The translations under genes were made by a program, and so were the position numbers. From contig JBDQJI010000002.1 in NCBI GenBank assembly GCA_040263875.1, forward strand, positions 18,847 to 82,846: a DNA stretch of 64,000 bases. Direction: 5' to 3'. Each line of letters starts with the position of its first letter. The stretch's first letter is position 1. The stretch comes from Alphaproteobacteria bacterium. Lineage in GTDB: Bacteria > Pseudomonadota > Alphaproteobacteria > Bin95. The notes beneath the pieces were generated by a model. That model did not search any database. It saw only the letters and a list, made by a program, of their open reading frames with translations, and was not told the DNA's origin. Of the stretch, positions 10,484 through 18,640 are shown piece by piece.

Positions 10484-10616
10484 GCCCATGTCCCTTTGCC
10501 AAATATTTTTAACGGATGCTTGATCGCCAATTTTATCGTCAGCTGTCAAACACCGACTGCTTGGCCTCTGCAACGATTCGCGCCATGCTAGCCGTCTGAA
10601 ATTCAGGAGACCTAAA

Positions 10617-11486
10617 ATGCCGTTCGATGTCCAGCAGCCACAAGCTTATCAACACCTGACAACGCGCCCTATTTCCGGCGGCGTGGGCGCTGAAATAGAA
10701 GGTGTGGACCTCGCCCAAGCCAAGCCGGAGGTAATGGCGGAGGTGCATCAGGCACTATTGCAACATGGCGTGATATTTTTTCGGGACCAGGATTTACGTC
10801 CGGAAGAATTGATCGCAGCGGCCAAGTATTTTGGACCGCTGAATATCCACCCAATCTATCTGCCCCTGGATGGCTATCCCGAAATCATGCCGGTGGTGAA
10901 AGAGCCGACAGCCACCATGAATATCGGCAATAGCTGGCATTCGGATGTAAGCTTCATGGAAAAGCCGTCCCTTGGCTCCCTGCTGTATGCGCTGGATGTG
11001 CCGCCATATGGCGGTGACACCATTTTCGCCTCCCAGCGGCTGGCCTATGAGGGCCTGAGCGACGAAATGAAATCCATGCTGGGCGGCATGCGCGCCGTCC
11101 ATTCAGACCGCATCCTGTCCAGCGCAGAGAGCAAAGCCAAACGCAATGCTGGCCGCTCCACCAAGCTGGACGAAAAACCAACACCGGAAATGCAAACCAC
11201 GCACCCCGTTATCCGCACGATCCCAGAAACCGGCCAAAAGCATTTGTATGTGAATGAGGCGTTCACGATCCGCCTTGACGGCATGACGGAAGCCGAGAGC
11301 AAACCGCTGCTAGATTACCTGTATGAGCACGGCCACAAACCCGAGTTCACCTGCCGTTTCCAATGGCGAAAAGGCTCTGTTGCATTTTGGGATAACCGCG
11401 CGGTTCAGCATTACGCAATCAACGATTACCAAGGCTTCCGCCGCGAAATGTGGCGCGTCACCGTAGAAGGCGAGCGTCCGGAATGA
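10617..11486 (+). CDS. TauD/TfdA family Fe(II)/2-oxoglutarate dioxygenase
   Basis: WHSD facial-triad motif, [25 protein letters not shown]...R; AGGAG SD. Confidence 0.93.
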   Translation: MPFDVQQPQAYQHLTTRPISGGVGAEIEGVDLAQAKPEVMAEVHQALLQHGVIFFRDQDLRPEELIAAAKYFGPLNIHPIYLPLDGYPEIMPVVKEPTATMNIGNSWHSDVSFMEKPSLGSLLYALDVPPYGGDTIFASQRLAYEGLSDEMKSMLGGMRAVHSDRILSSAESKAKRNAGRSTKLDEKPTPEMQTTHPVIRTIPETGQKHLYVNEAFTIRLDGMTEAESKPLLDYLYEHGHKPEFTCRFQWRKGSVAFWDNRAVQHYAINDYQGFRREMWRVTVEGERPE

Positions 11487-13498
11487 CCGCCAGAGCAGGT
11501 GTCGAAGTCGGCGGTACGTTTACGGACCTCGTCTATGTGAAAGACGGTGAGATTACCGTCGCCAAATCGCCGAGCACGCCCTCGTCGCCGGATATTGGCG
11601 CGCGTAATGCGTTGGCTAAGGGCGCGGTTGATCTGGCGGGGCTGGATGAACTGGCCCATGGGTCAACAGTCGCCACCAATGCCATTCTGGAGCGGAAGGG
11701 CGCGCGCGTCGCACTGCTGGTGACGGAAGGCTTTCGGGACTTGCTGTTGCTACAGCGGCATCAGCGCCAGCAGATTTATGATCTGCATTATGAAAAGCCT
11801 GTGCCTGTTGTCCGCCGCCGGGATACGGTTGAGATTATTGAGCGGATCGGGCCAGATGGGTCCGTCGCATGTGAGTTAGATGAGGACGCTGCCCGCGCAT
11901 CAATTCAGGCATTGCTGGCGTCGCGGGACTTCGACGCCGTCGCGATTTGTTTGTTAAACAGCTTCGCCAACCCGGCCCACGAAGCGCGATTGGTCGAGAT
12001 TCTGGCTGAATTAGCGCCCGATATGCAGGCCGCGCCCTCCTACAAAATCGCCCGGGAATTCCGCGAGTTTGAGCGCGCATCCACCACAACCCTCTCCGCC
12101 TATGTGCAGCCTGTAGTCGGGCGGTATTTGGACCGGTTTGAAGCCGCGCTCGGCGAAGACGGGTTCACGGGTGCCTTTTCCGTGATGCAATCCAATGGTG
12201 GGCGGATGCCAGCCGCTGCGATGGCGGAAAATGCGATCACGGCGCTGTTTAGCGGCCCTGCGGCAGGCGTTGTTGGCGCGGTGCGGCAGGCGGCACGATC
12301 CGGGTTCAAGAACTTCATTACGCTGGATGTCGGCGGTACCTCAACAGACGTCTGTTTGGCACCTGATGGCCGCCCGGCCCTGGCACCCATGACCGAAATT
12401 GACGGCCTGCCCGTTAAAACACCAGTGATCGACATGGCAACGGTCGGCGCTGGCGGTGGATCGCTGGTCTGGGCGGATGATGGCGGCATGTTGCGCGTCG
12501 GGCCCGAGAGTGCCGGCGCAGACCCTGGCCCCGCTTGCTATGGCAAAGGCGGACGCGCGCCGACGATCACTGATGCCCATGTGGTGCGCGGCACCATGCA
12601 GGCCGCAGCCTTTCTTGGCGGCGAGATGGACCTGGACGCCGCCGCTGCGGAAGCCGCGTTCCAACCGCTCGCTGAGTTGTTCGATAAATCGCCACTCGAG
12701 ATTGCCGACGCCGCAATTCAGCTCGCAGAATCAAACATCGCCCGCGCCATCCAACGGGTTTCCACTGAACGGGGCCGTGACCCACGGGATTACGCGATGG
12801 TCGCCTTCGGTGGTGCCGGGCCAATGCATGCCGTGCGCGTTGCCGAGGAGATTGGCCTTTCCGCCGTCATTATCCCGCCATTCGCAGGCGTCCTATCAGC
12901 GCTTGGATTGCTGGTCGCGGACTATGCCCGCTTCGCCGCCCTGACTGACCGCCAGCCGCTGGATGCCAAAGTGGCAGACGTCGTGCGCGGCCACATGACC
13001 AATTTGGAAGCCGATATCCGCAGCCATTTCAGCGACCACGGCTTGGCCGCACCCGCACACTTTCAATATACGCTGGATATGCGCTATCGCGGCCAGGCGT
13101 TCGAGGCTTCTGTCGAGCTTTCCGCCGATGAACTACCAAGCCTGAACCAAGCCGTGTTAGAAGAAAAATTCCGCGCGGCCCATACACAGCTTTATGCTTT
13201 CGCAAAAGCGCCGGGCGAGCCTGCGGAGATTGTGGCGTACCGGGCGGGCGGATACCTGCCGCCGCCTGCATTCCCGGAATCGCCGGTGACACGGGCCGAG
13301 GCAGATGCGACTGCGATCAATTTGTATGAGCGCGGCGGCCAGCACACTGCCCAGATGCTATCCCGCGCCGCGTTATCGACTGACGGCGACGCCGGGCCGC
13401 TGCTGATCGATGACGGGCTCGCCACCGTATATGTGCCGCCGGGCTGGACTGCCAGCTTAGATACATCTGGCAATATCGTTATTCGGAAGGAGGGCTGA
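11483..13498 (+). CDS. Hydantoinase A / 5-oxoprolinase family ATP-binding subunit
   Basis: GVEVGGTFTD, HGSTVATNAILE, SGPAAG, DVGGTSTD, GAGGGS, SAGADPGPACYG; ATG 11483 overlaps the TauD stop (ATGA). Confidence 0.92.
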   Translation: MTARAGVEVGGTFTDLVYVKDGEITVAKSPSTPSSPDIGARNALAKGAVDLAGLDELAHGSTVATNAILERKGARVALLVTEGFRDLLLLQRHQRQQIYDLHYEKPVPVVRRRDTVEIIERIGPDGSVACELDEDAARASIQALLASRDFDAVAICLLNSFANPAHEARLVEILAELAPDMQAAPSYKIAREFREFERASTTTLSAYVQPVVGRYLDRFEAALGEDGFTGAFSVMQSNGGRMPAAAMAENAITALFSGPAAGVVGAVRQAARSGFKNFITLDVGGTSTDVCLAPDGRPALAPMTEIDGLPVKTPVIDMATVGAGGGSLVWADDGGMLRVGPESAGADPGPACYGKGGRAPTITDAHVVRGTMQAAAFLGGEMDLDAAAAEAAFQPLAELFDKSPLEIADAAIQLAESNIARAIQRVSTERGRDPRDYAMVAFGGAGPMHAVRVAEEIGLSAVIIPPFAGVLSALGLLVADYARFAALTDRQPLDAKVADVVRGHMTNLEADIRSHFSDHGLAAPAHFQYTLDMRYRGQAFEASVELSADELPSLNQAVLEEKFRAAHTQLYAFAKAPGEPAEIVAYRAGGYLPPPAFPESPVTRAEADATAINLYERGGQHTAQMLSRAALSTDGDAGPLLIDDGLATVYVPPGWTASLDTSGNIVIRKEG

Positions 13499-13502
13499 GG
13501 CC

Positions 13503-15146
13503 ATGGCTCCCAAGACCGCATTAGATCCCGTCGAACAAGCCATCGTCGCCCAAAGCCTGATCGCGGCAGCGCAGGAAATGGGCGTGAAGCTTATCCGCTC
13601 CGCCCATTCGCCCATCGTTCGTGAGGCTGAGGACTGTTCTGCAGCCCTAATGAGCGCCGACGGCGATGTGATCGCCCAGGCGGAGCTTATCCCGATGCAG
13701 CTTGGCTCCATCAGCCACACCTTCCGCCATTGCGCCGAACGCTGCCCGCCTGACAGCCTCGAGCCCGGTGATTTCTACATCACCAATGACGCTTATAAGG
13801 GCGGCCAACACATCCAGGATATTTTCCTGTTTTGCCCGATCTTCCATGAAGGTATGCGCATTGGTTTCGCGGCAACGGTTGTGCATCACATTGACTTGGG
13901 CGGTGGTGCTGCTGGCCTGAACCCGAACGCGCCGGATATTCATTCAGAAGGCATCATCTTCCCAGCGCTCAAGCTGAACCGCGATCGGGATTGGGCTGGC
14001 GGGCCTTGGGAGGCCTTCGTGCGGGCCAATGTCCGCATGCCCGATGCCACCTTGGGCGATATCGACGCGCAGTTCGCCGCCAACGCCGTCGGCGCAGAAC
14101 GCCTGACCGCACTCGCGGATAAATATGGCCGCGAAAAACTGGCAGACGCCATGACAGAGATGCTGGACTATTCCGAACGTCGCGTCCGCAATGCGCTCCG
14201 CGATGCACCGGATGGCGTCTATACCGGCCAGGATGCTCTGGATGATAACGGTGTCACGTCAGACCCGGTGCCGGTAAAGGCGACCGTCATGATCAAAGGC
14301 GATTCCATGGAGATCGACTTTGCGGGCACAGCACCCCAAGTCGCGACCAATATGAACACACCCTTCGCGTCCACGGTTGCAGCAGCGGTTGCAGCGGCGA
14401 AATCCGTACTGACAGACGCGGATATTCCGTTCAATGACGGCTGTAGCCGCGCGATTACGGTGAAAGCGCCCGAAGGCTCGATCCTCAATCCGCGCTACCC
14501 CGCCCCTGTGCGCGCCCGCTTATTGGCCAGCTACAGGGCTTTCAATGCCGTGATGAAAGCCCTTTCAACCGCTGCACCAACACGGGTGATCGCGACAGGC
14601 ACAGACACGACGACCGCTTGCTGCCTCTCCTGGCTTGGGCCGAATGGCTATGACATTTATCTGGAAATCTTCGGCGGTGGATACGGTGCGGGGCCAGAGA
14701 ATGATGGCGCAGACGGCGTTGATAGCCCGCTGTCCAATTGCGGCAATATCCCGATTGAAGCCACAGATATGGACCACGTGTTCTTCCGCTGCATCGACTA
14801 CAGCTACATTGCAGGGTCCGGCGGCAAAGGCCGCATGCGCGGCGGGCTTGGGTTCCGCAAGGTCTATGAAATTCTAGAAGACAACGTGACCTTCGCGACA
14901 TATGGCGACCGCTTCACACAGCAGGCCGATGGTTTGTTCGGTGGCGGCCAGGGTGCGCCCGGCCAAAACCAAGTACTGCGGGGCGATGAGGTGATCAACC
15001 TGCTCTCCAAAACCTCATTCCCCCTGCAAAGGGGCGACAAGCTGATTGTGCAGGTCGCTGCAGGCGGCGGATACGGCGACGCAGCAGACCGCCCCAATGC
15101 CCGAGCCGTCCGCGACCAGGAAGATGGGCTCGTCGCGGCGGAGTGA
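13503..15146 (+). CDS. Hydantoinase B / oxoprolinase family subunit
   Basis: RSAHSPIVRE..D.S, NDAYKGGQHIQD, HHIDLGG, ANVRMP, SGGKGRMRGG, AGGGYGD. Confidence 0.92.
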   Translation: MAPKTALDPVEQAIVAQSLIAAAQEMGVKLIRSAHSPIVREAEDCSAALMSADGDVIAQAELIPMQLGSISHTFRHCAERCPPDSLEPGDFYITNDAYKGGQHIQDIFLFCPIFHEGMRIGFAATVVHHIDLGGGAAGLNPNAPDIHSEGIIFPALKLNRDRDWAGGPWEAFVRANVRMPDATLGDIDAQFAANAVGAERLTALADKYGREKLADAMTEMLDYSERRVRNALRDAPDGVYTGQDALDDNGVTSDPVPVKATVMIKGDSMEIDFAGTAPQVATNMNTPFASTVAAAVAAAKSVLTDADIPFNDGCSRAITVKAPEGSILNPRYPAPVRARLLASYRAFNAVMKALSTAAPTRVIATGTDTTTACCLSWLGPNGYDIYLEIFGGGYGAGPENDGADGVDSPLSNCGNIPIEATDMDHVFFRCIDYSYIAGSGGKGRMRGGLGFRKVYEILEDNVTFATYGDRFTQQADGLFGGGQGAPGQNQVLRGDEVINLLSKTSFPLQRGDKLIVQVAAGGGYGDAADRPNARAVRDQEDGLVAAE

Positions 15147-15165
15147 CGCGAATTCTATAATTTTA

Positions 15166-15194
15166 TTGCTTTTCCAGGGTGATGGGTCCATATC
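15166..15194 (+). promoter_or_regulatory. Putative sigma70-type promoter for the DEAD-box helicase
   Basis: TTGCTT-N17-CATATC with an AT-rich upstream segment; resembles alphaproteobacterial housekeeping promoters. Confidence 0.4.
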
Positions 15195-15447
15195 CGTCCC
15201 AACACCGCGCCGCGCGTAGAAGACGACAATCCGTCAGCGGCGCTGCTCTAGAGCAACCGGTACCACCACGTTCGCGATATTTTGCGCGTGAGATCGTTGG
15301 CTTTTGTGCAACCACGGGACCCCATACTAGGCCCTGTACAGCCACCCGGCAGCTGATCTACGCAAGCTCCATTTGAAAAGACGGCAAGCGCCGCTCAGCA
15401 CCATTGCGAGCGGTCATAAGGCTTGCCATGTGTATTGGACTTGAAAC

Positions 15448-17424
15448 TTGACAAATTTTACTGATCTCGGCCTTGCCGAGCCTCTAACTCAGGCCATCGA
15501 AACGATGGGCTACGAGAAACCCACCCCGATCCAAGCCGCTGTAATTCCGGCCTTTCTTGATGGCCGTGATGTTATCGGCATCGCCCAGACCGGCACCGGC
15601 AAGACCGCAGCCTATGTGCTGCCAATGCTGCACGCCCTGGAAGAGCGCCCCTCGCGGCCCTCGCCAAAGCGCTGCCGGGTTTTGATCCTGGCACCAACCC
15701 GGGAGCTTGCTGGCCAGATCGCTGACAGCATTCGCTCCCATGGTCGGCACATCCGCCATTCAGTCGCCCTTGTGGTCGGTGGCGCGCGGCCCGGCCCGCA
15801 AATCAAGGCGATGGCGCGCGGCGTAGATTTCCTCGTCGCGACCCCTGGCCGCTTGATGGACCACATGGAAACCGGCGTTCTCAGCCTCGACGATGTTGAG
15901 ATGGTTGCGCTCGATGAAGCGGATCAGATGCTGGACATGGGCTTCCTGCCGCCAATCCGGCACATCCTCGGCGCGATCAAAGGCAAGCGACAGACGGTTC
16001 TGCTTTCCGCCACCATGCCCCGCCCGATCCGCCAGCTCGCGAATGAGTTTCTCCATAAGCCAGCCGAAGTTTCTGTGTCTGAAGGCGCAAAGCCAATTGA
16101 GCGGATTGACCAGCACGTTCTGCACATTGAAGCAGGTGCCAAGCGCCGCGTTTTGACTGACATTCTGCGCGATCCGGGCCTGGAACGCGCCATCGTGTTC
16201 ACGCGTACCAAGCGTGGCGCAGACCGGGTTCAGCTGCATCTTGAGAAAGCTGGCCTCCGTGCTGAAGCGATCCACGGCAATCGCAGCCAAAGCCAACGTG
16301 ACCGCACTCTCAGCCGCTTCAAAGGTGGGCGCGTGAATATTCTGGTCGCAACCGATGTCGCCGCCCGTGGCATTGATGTGGATGATGTCTCCCACGTCAT
16401 TAACTTCGAGCTGCCGAACGTGCCGGAAAGCTATGTTCACCGGATTGGGCGGACGGCTCGCGCAGGCAAAGCCGGCGTCGCGATCTCCCTTTGTGACCGA
16501 ACGGAACGCGCTTACCTGCGTGATATCGAACGCCTGATCAGCACCCGCATCCAGCCTATGGACGCGCCGGAAAGCACAGGCCCACAGGAAGTTGACTCAG
16601 GTCCAGACCAGCGCCGGGACTATGATGACCGCCCGCCCCGCCGCTTTGAATCCCGCGGCAATGATGAGCCGCGCCGCCATCAACATGGCCGGTCCGGTGG
16701 TGATCGCCCACAGAACGGTCGGCCCCCTTATGGCAATTCCAGTGGCGATCGCGACAGGAACGCCCGCCCAGCCGGTGATCGGCCGCCCTATGGTCGGTCT
16801 AATGGGGATCGATATCGTGATGACCGGCCACGCGGCGATCGACCTCATGGGGATCGATCACGCGATGATCGACCAAGCGGCGACAGGAACTGGAATGACC
16901 GGCCTCAACACAGTCGCCCAGAAAATGGTCGCCCGGAAAACGGACGTCAGGAATGGCGTCGTGATGGCGCTGCCTCGGATGGCCGCCGGTTCAATGATAA
17001 CCGTTCGGAAGATGGACGCCCGCCCCGGCGTCGCCCGGAGGAAGGTAGCTCCCGGATTGGCCGCCGTCGCCATTTAGACCCCCGCGCACAAGCACCTGCA
17101 CGCGCCGAAGCCTGGGGCGAAGATCGCCCGCAGCAGCGCGCGCCCAGGAACACCGAAGAGCCGCGCGGGCATCGCAAAGGCGGTAAGTTCGCACCCAAAC
17201 CAAGCGGCAAAGCAGTAGACGGCGACGGCGGCCATGCGCCGATGCGCCGAAAAGGTGCAGCCCCCGCTGGAAAGAAGCCAGGCGGCAAAGCTGCACATGC
17301 AGATGGCGCTGCTGGGCGCATTGCCGGTAAACCGTTCCGCAAAAGCTCGAAGACTAAGGCTGCGGCATCCAAGCCTGCCGGTAAGGCGGGACGTCGCCCC
17401 AACAAACAGCGCGCAGCTGGCTGA
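15448..17424 (+). CDS. DEAD-box ATP-dependent RNA helicase (RhlE-like) with long disordered C-terminal tail
   Basis: Q motif PTPIQ, AQTGTGKT, PTRELA, TPGRL, DEAD, SAT, ARGIDV, HRIGRTARAG; TTG start. Confidence 0.95.
   Translation: MTNFTDLGLAEPLTQAIETMGYEKPTPIQAAVIPAFLDGRDVIGIAQTGTGKTAAYVLPMLHALEERPSRPSPKRCRVLILAPTRELAGQIADSIRSHGRHIRHSVALVVGGARPGPQIKAMARGVDFLVATPGRLMDHMETGVLSLDDVEMVALDEADQMLDMGFLPPIRHILGAIKGKRQTVLLSATMPRPIRQLANEFLHKPAEVSVSEGAKPIERIDQHVLHIEAGAKRRVLTDILRDPGLERAIVFTRTKRGADRVQLHLEKAGLRAEAIHGNRSQSQRDRTLSRFKGGRVNILVATDVAARGIDVDDVSHVINFELPNVPESYVHRIGRTARAGKAGVAISLCDRTERAYLRDIERLISTRIQPMDAPESTGPQEVDSGPDQRRDYDDRPPRRFESRGNDEPRRHQHGRSGGDRPQNGRPPYGNSSGDRDRNARPAGDRPPYGRSNGDRYRDDRPRGDRPHGDRSRDDRPSGDRNWNDRPQHSRPENGRPENGRQEWRRDGAASDGRRFNDNRSEDGRPPRRRPEEGSSRIGRRRHLDPRAQAPARAEAWGEDRPQQRAPRNTEEPRGHRKGGKFAPKPSGKAVDGDGGHAPMRRKGAAPAGKKPGGKAAHADGAAGRIAGKPFRKSSKTKAAASKPAGKAGRRPNKQRAAG
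16696..16950 (+). repeat. Degenerate 15-nt (pentapeptide GDRP[R/H/S], DDRP, RPENG) coding repeats in the helicase tail
   Basis: Protein reads GDRPQNGRPPYG...GDRPPYG...GDRYRDDRPRGDRPHGDRSRDDRPSGDRNWNDRP...RPENGRPENGR; DNA has recurrent GATCG. Confidence 0.75.
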
Positions 17425-17446
17425 TATTTTCCAGCCTAGCTATGTC

Positions 17447-17487
17447 AAAGAGCCCCCGTTGACCAATGTCAGCGGGGGTTTTTCTTT
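17447..17487 (+). terminator. Intrinsic terminator after the helicase (possibly bidirectional)
   Basis: GCCCCCGTTGAC-CAAT-GTCAGCGGGGGT followed by TTTTCTTT; AAAGA on the 5' side. Confidence 0.85.
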
Positions 17488-18077
17488 GGGTCTCCGACAA
17501 GCGCATCAACCAGAAGGCATAAGCTTTCGCGATATGCCGCCGGCGCAGCCCCAGCCGCAATGGCGATGGCGGCACGGTCAAACGCGGCAGAGAGCATATC
17601 GGCCAGCGCGTCGACTGAAGCTGGGTCTGTGGTTTTCGGCAAGGCGGCAATCAGGCCGTCGCGCAGCGCCCCGCCGCCAGTCGCCGCGTCAATTTTCCGG
17701 ATCGCGGCATGGCCCAGAACCGCAGGCCCATCGAACAATAATAATCGAATGCGGCCGGGCGCGGCCATGGCGGCGAAATATGCGGCTCCGCCCGCCGCCA
17801 ACGCAGCAGCGGCCGTAGGCGCATCCACTGCGCTTTCTTCAATTTCATTGGCAACGGCTTCGGCCTCCGCACGGACGACGGCGGCGAAAAGATCTGCCTT
17901 GTCCCGGAAGTGATGATAGAGCGCGCCTCGCGTTACTGCCGCTGCCTTCACAATCTCCGGCGTGCCTGTATCCGCGTAACCTTTCTCTGCGAAAAGCATG
18001 CGGCTTGCCTGGATCAGCGCCTTGCGGGTCGCCTCTGTGCGCGCCTGATTAGACTGACGGATATTTTTCTCTTGCAT
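17469..18077 (-). CDS. TetR/AcrR family transcriptional regulator
   Basis: LFAEKGYADTGTPEIVKAAAVTRGALYHHFRDKADLF HTH. Confidence 0.93.
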   Translation of the reverse strand: MQEKNIRQSNQARTEATRKALIQASRMLFAEKGYADTGTPEIVKAAAVTRGALYHHFRDKADLFAAVVRAEAEAVANEIEESAVDAPTAAAALAAGGAAYFAAMAAPGRIRLLLFDGPAVLGHAAIRKIDAATGGGALRDGLIAALPKTTDPASVDALADMLSAAFDRAAIAIAAGAAPAAYRESLCLLVDALVGDPKKNPR

Positions 18078-18123
18078 ACATACAGCCTGTATGTTTATGT
18101 GTATTTACATGCAGATTGTATGT
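18078..18123. promoter_or_regulatory. Two tandem palindromic operators (putative TetR sites)
   Basis: ACATACAG-C-CTGTATGT (18078-18094, perfect 8-1-8) and ACATGCAGATTGTATGT (18107-18123, 3 mismatches) between divergent tetR and VOC genes. Confidence 0.8.
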
Positions 18124-18146
18124 TTTTTCAGAAAAGGATGAAACCC

Positions 18147-18581
18147 ATGAAATGCACGCAATTCTGCCCCGTCATTCAGACCAATGACGTCGCCGCTGTC
18201 GCCAAATTCTACATCAAGAATTTCCGCTTCAAGGCCGCGTTTGAAAGCGACTGGTATATGCACCTGCAATCGGCAGAGGATGCATCCGTCAATATCGCCG
18301 TCCTGCAGGGCGATCATGAAACCATCCCGGAAGCAGGCCGTGGTGCCACCGCCAACATGCTTATCAATTTCGAGGTGGAGGATGTTGACGCAGAATATGC
18401 AAAGGCTGTCGCCAATGGCGTGCCGATCCTCAAATCTCTGCACAGTGAGCCATATGGGCAACGCCACTGCATCGCGCAAGACCCGGAAGGCGTCCTGATT
18501 GACGTGATCACGCCGATCCCGCCAAGCGCCGAATTCGCCGATGGGTTCAGCGAGGACGCGTTGAAAGAAACCGGCGCATAG
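18147..18581 (+). CDS. VOC/glyoxalase family protein
   Basis: FY...F.F..AFESDWY, INFEVEDVDAEY, EPYGQRH...DPEGVLIDVI; ATG 18147 (18138 also possible). Confidence 0.88.
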   Translation: MKCTQFCPVIQTNDVAAVAKFYIKNFRFKAAFESDWYMHLQSAEDASVNIAVLQGDHETIPEAGRGATANMLINFEVEDVDAEYAKAVANGVPILKSLHSEPYGQRHCIAQDPEGVLIDVITPIPPSAEFADGFSEDALKETGA

Positions 18582-18640
18582 GCTCCATGACGCCCCGCGC
18601 CGGATGCGATATCATGACCACCTCGGTATGATAGGAATGT

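Noticed and set aside
16696-16950. GATCG-rich periodic repeats as a possible CRISPR array or methylation-site cluster
   Set aside because: The repeats are in-frame, degenerate 15-mers explained by Asp-Arg codons; there are no unique spacers and no cas genes.
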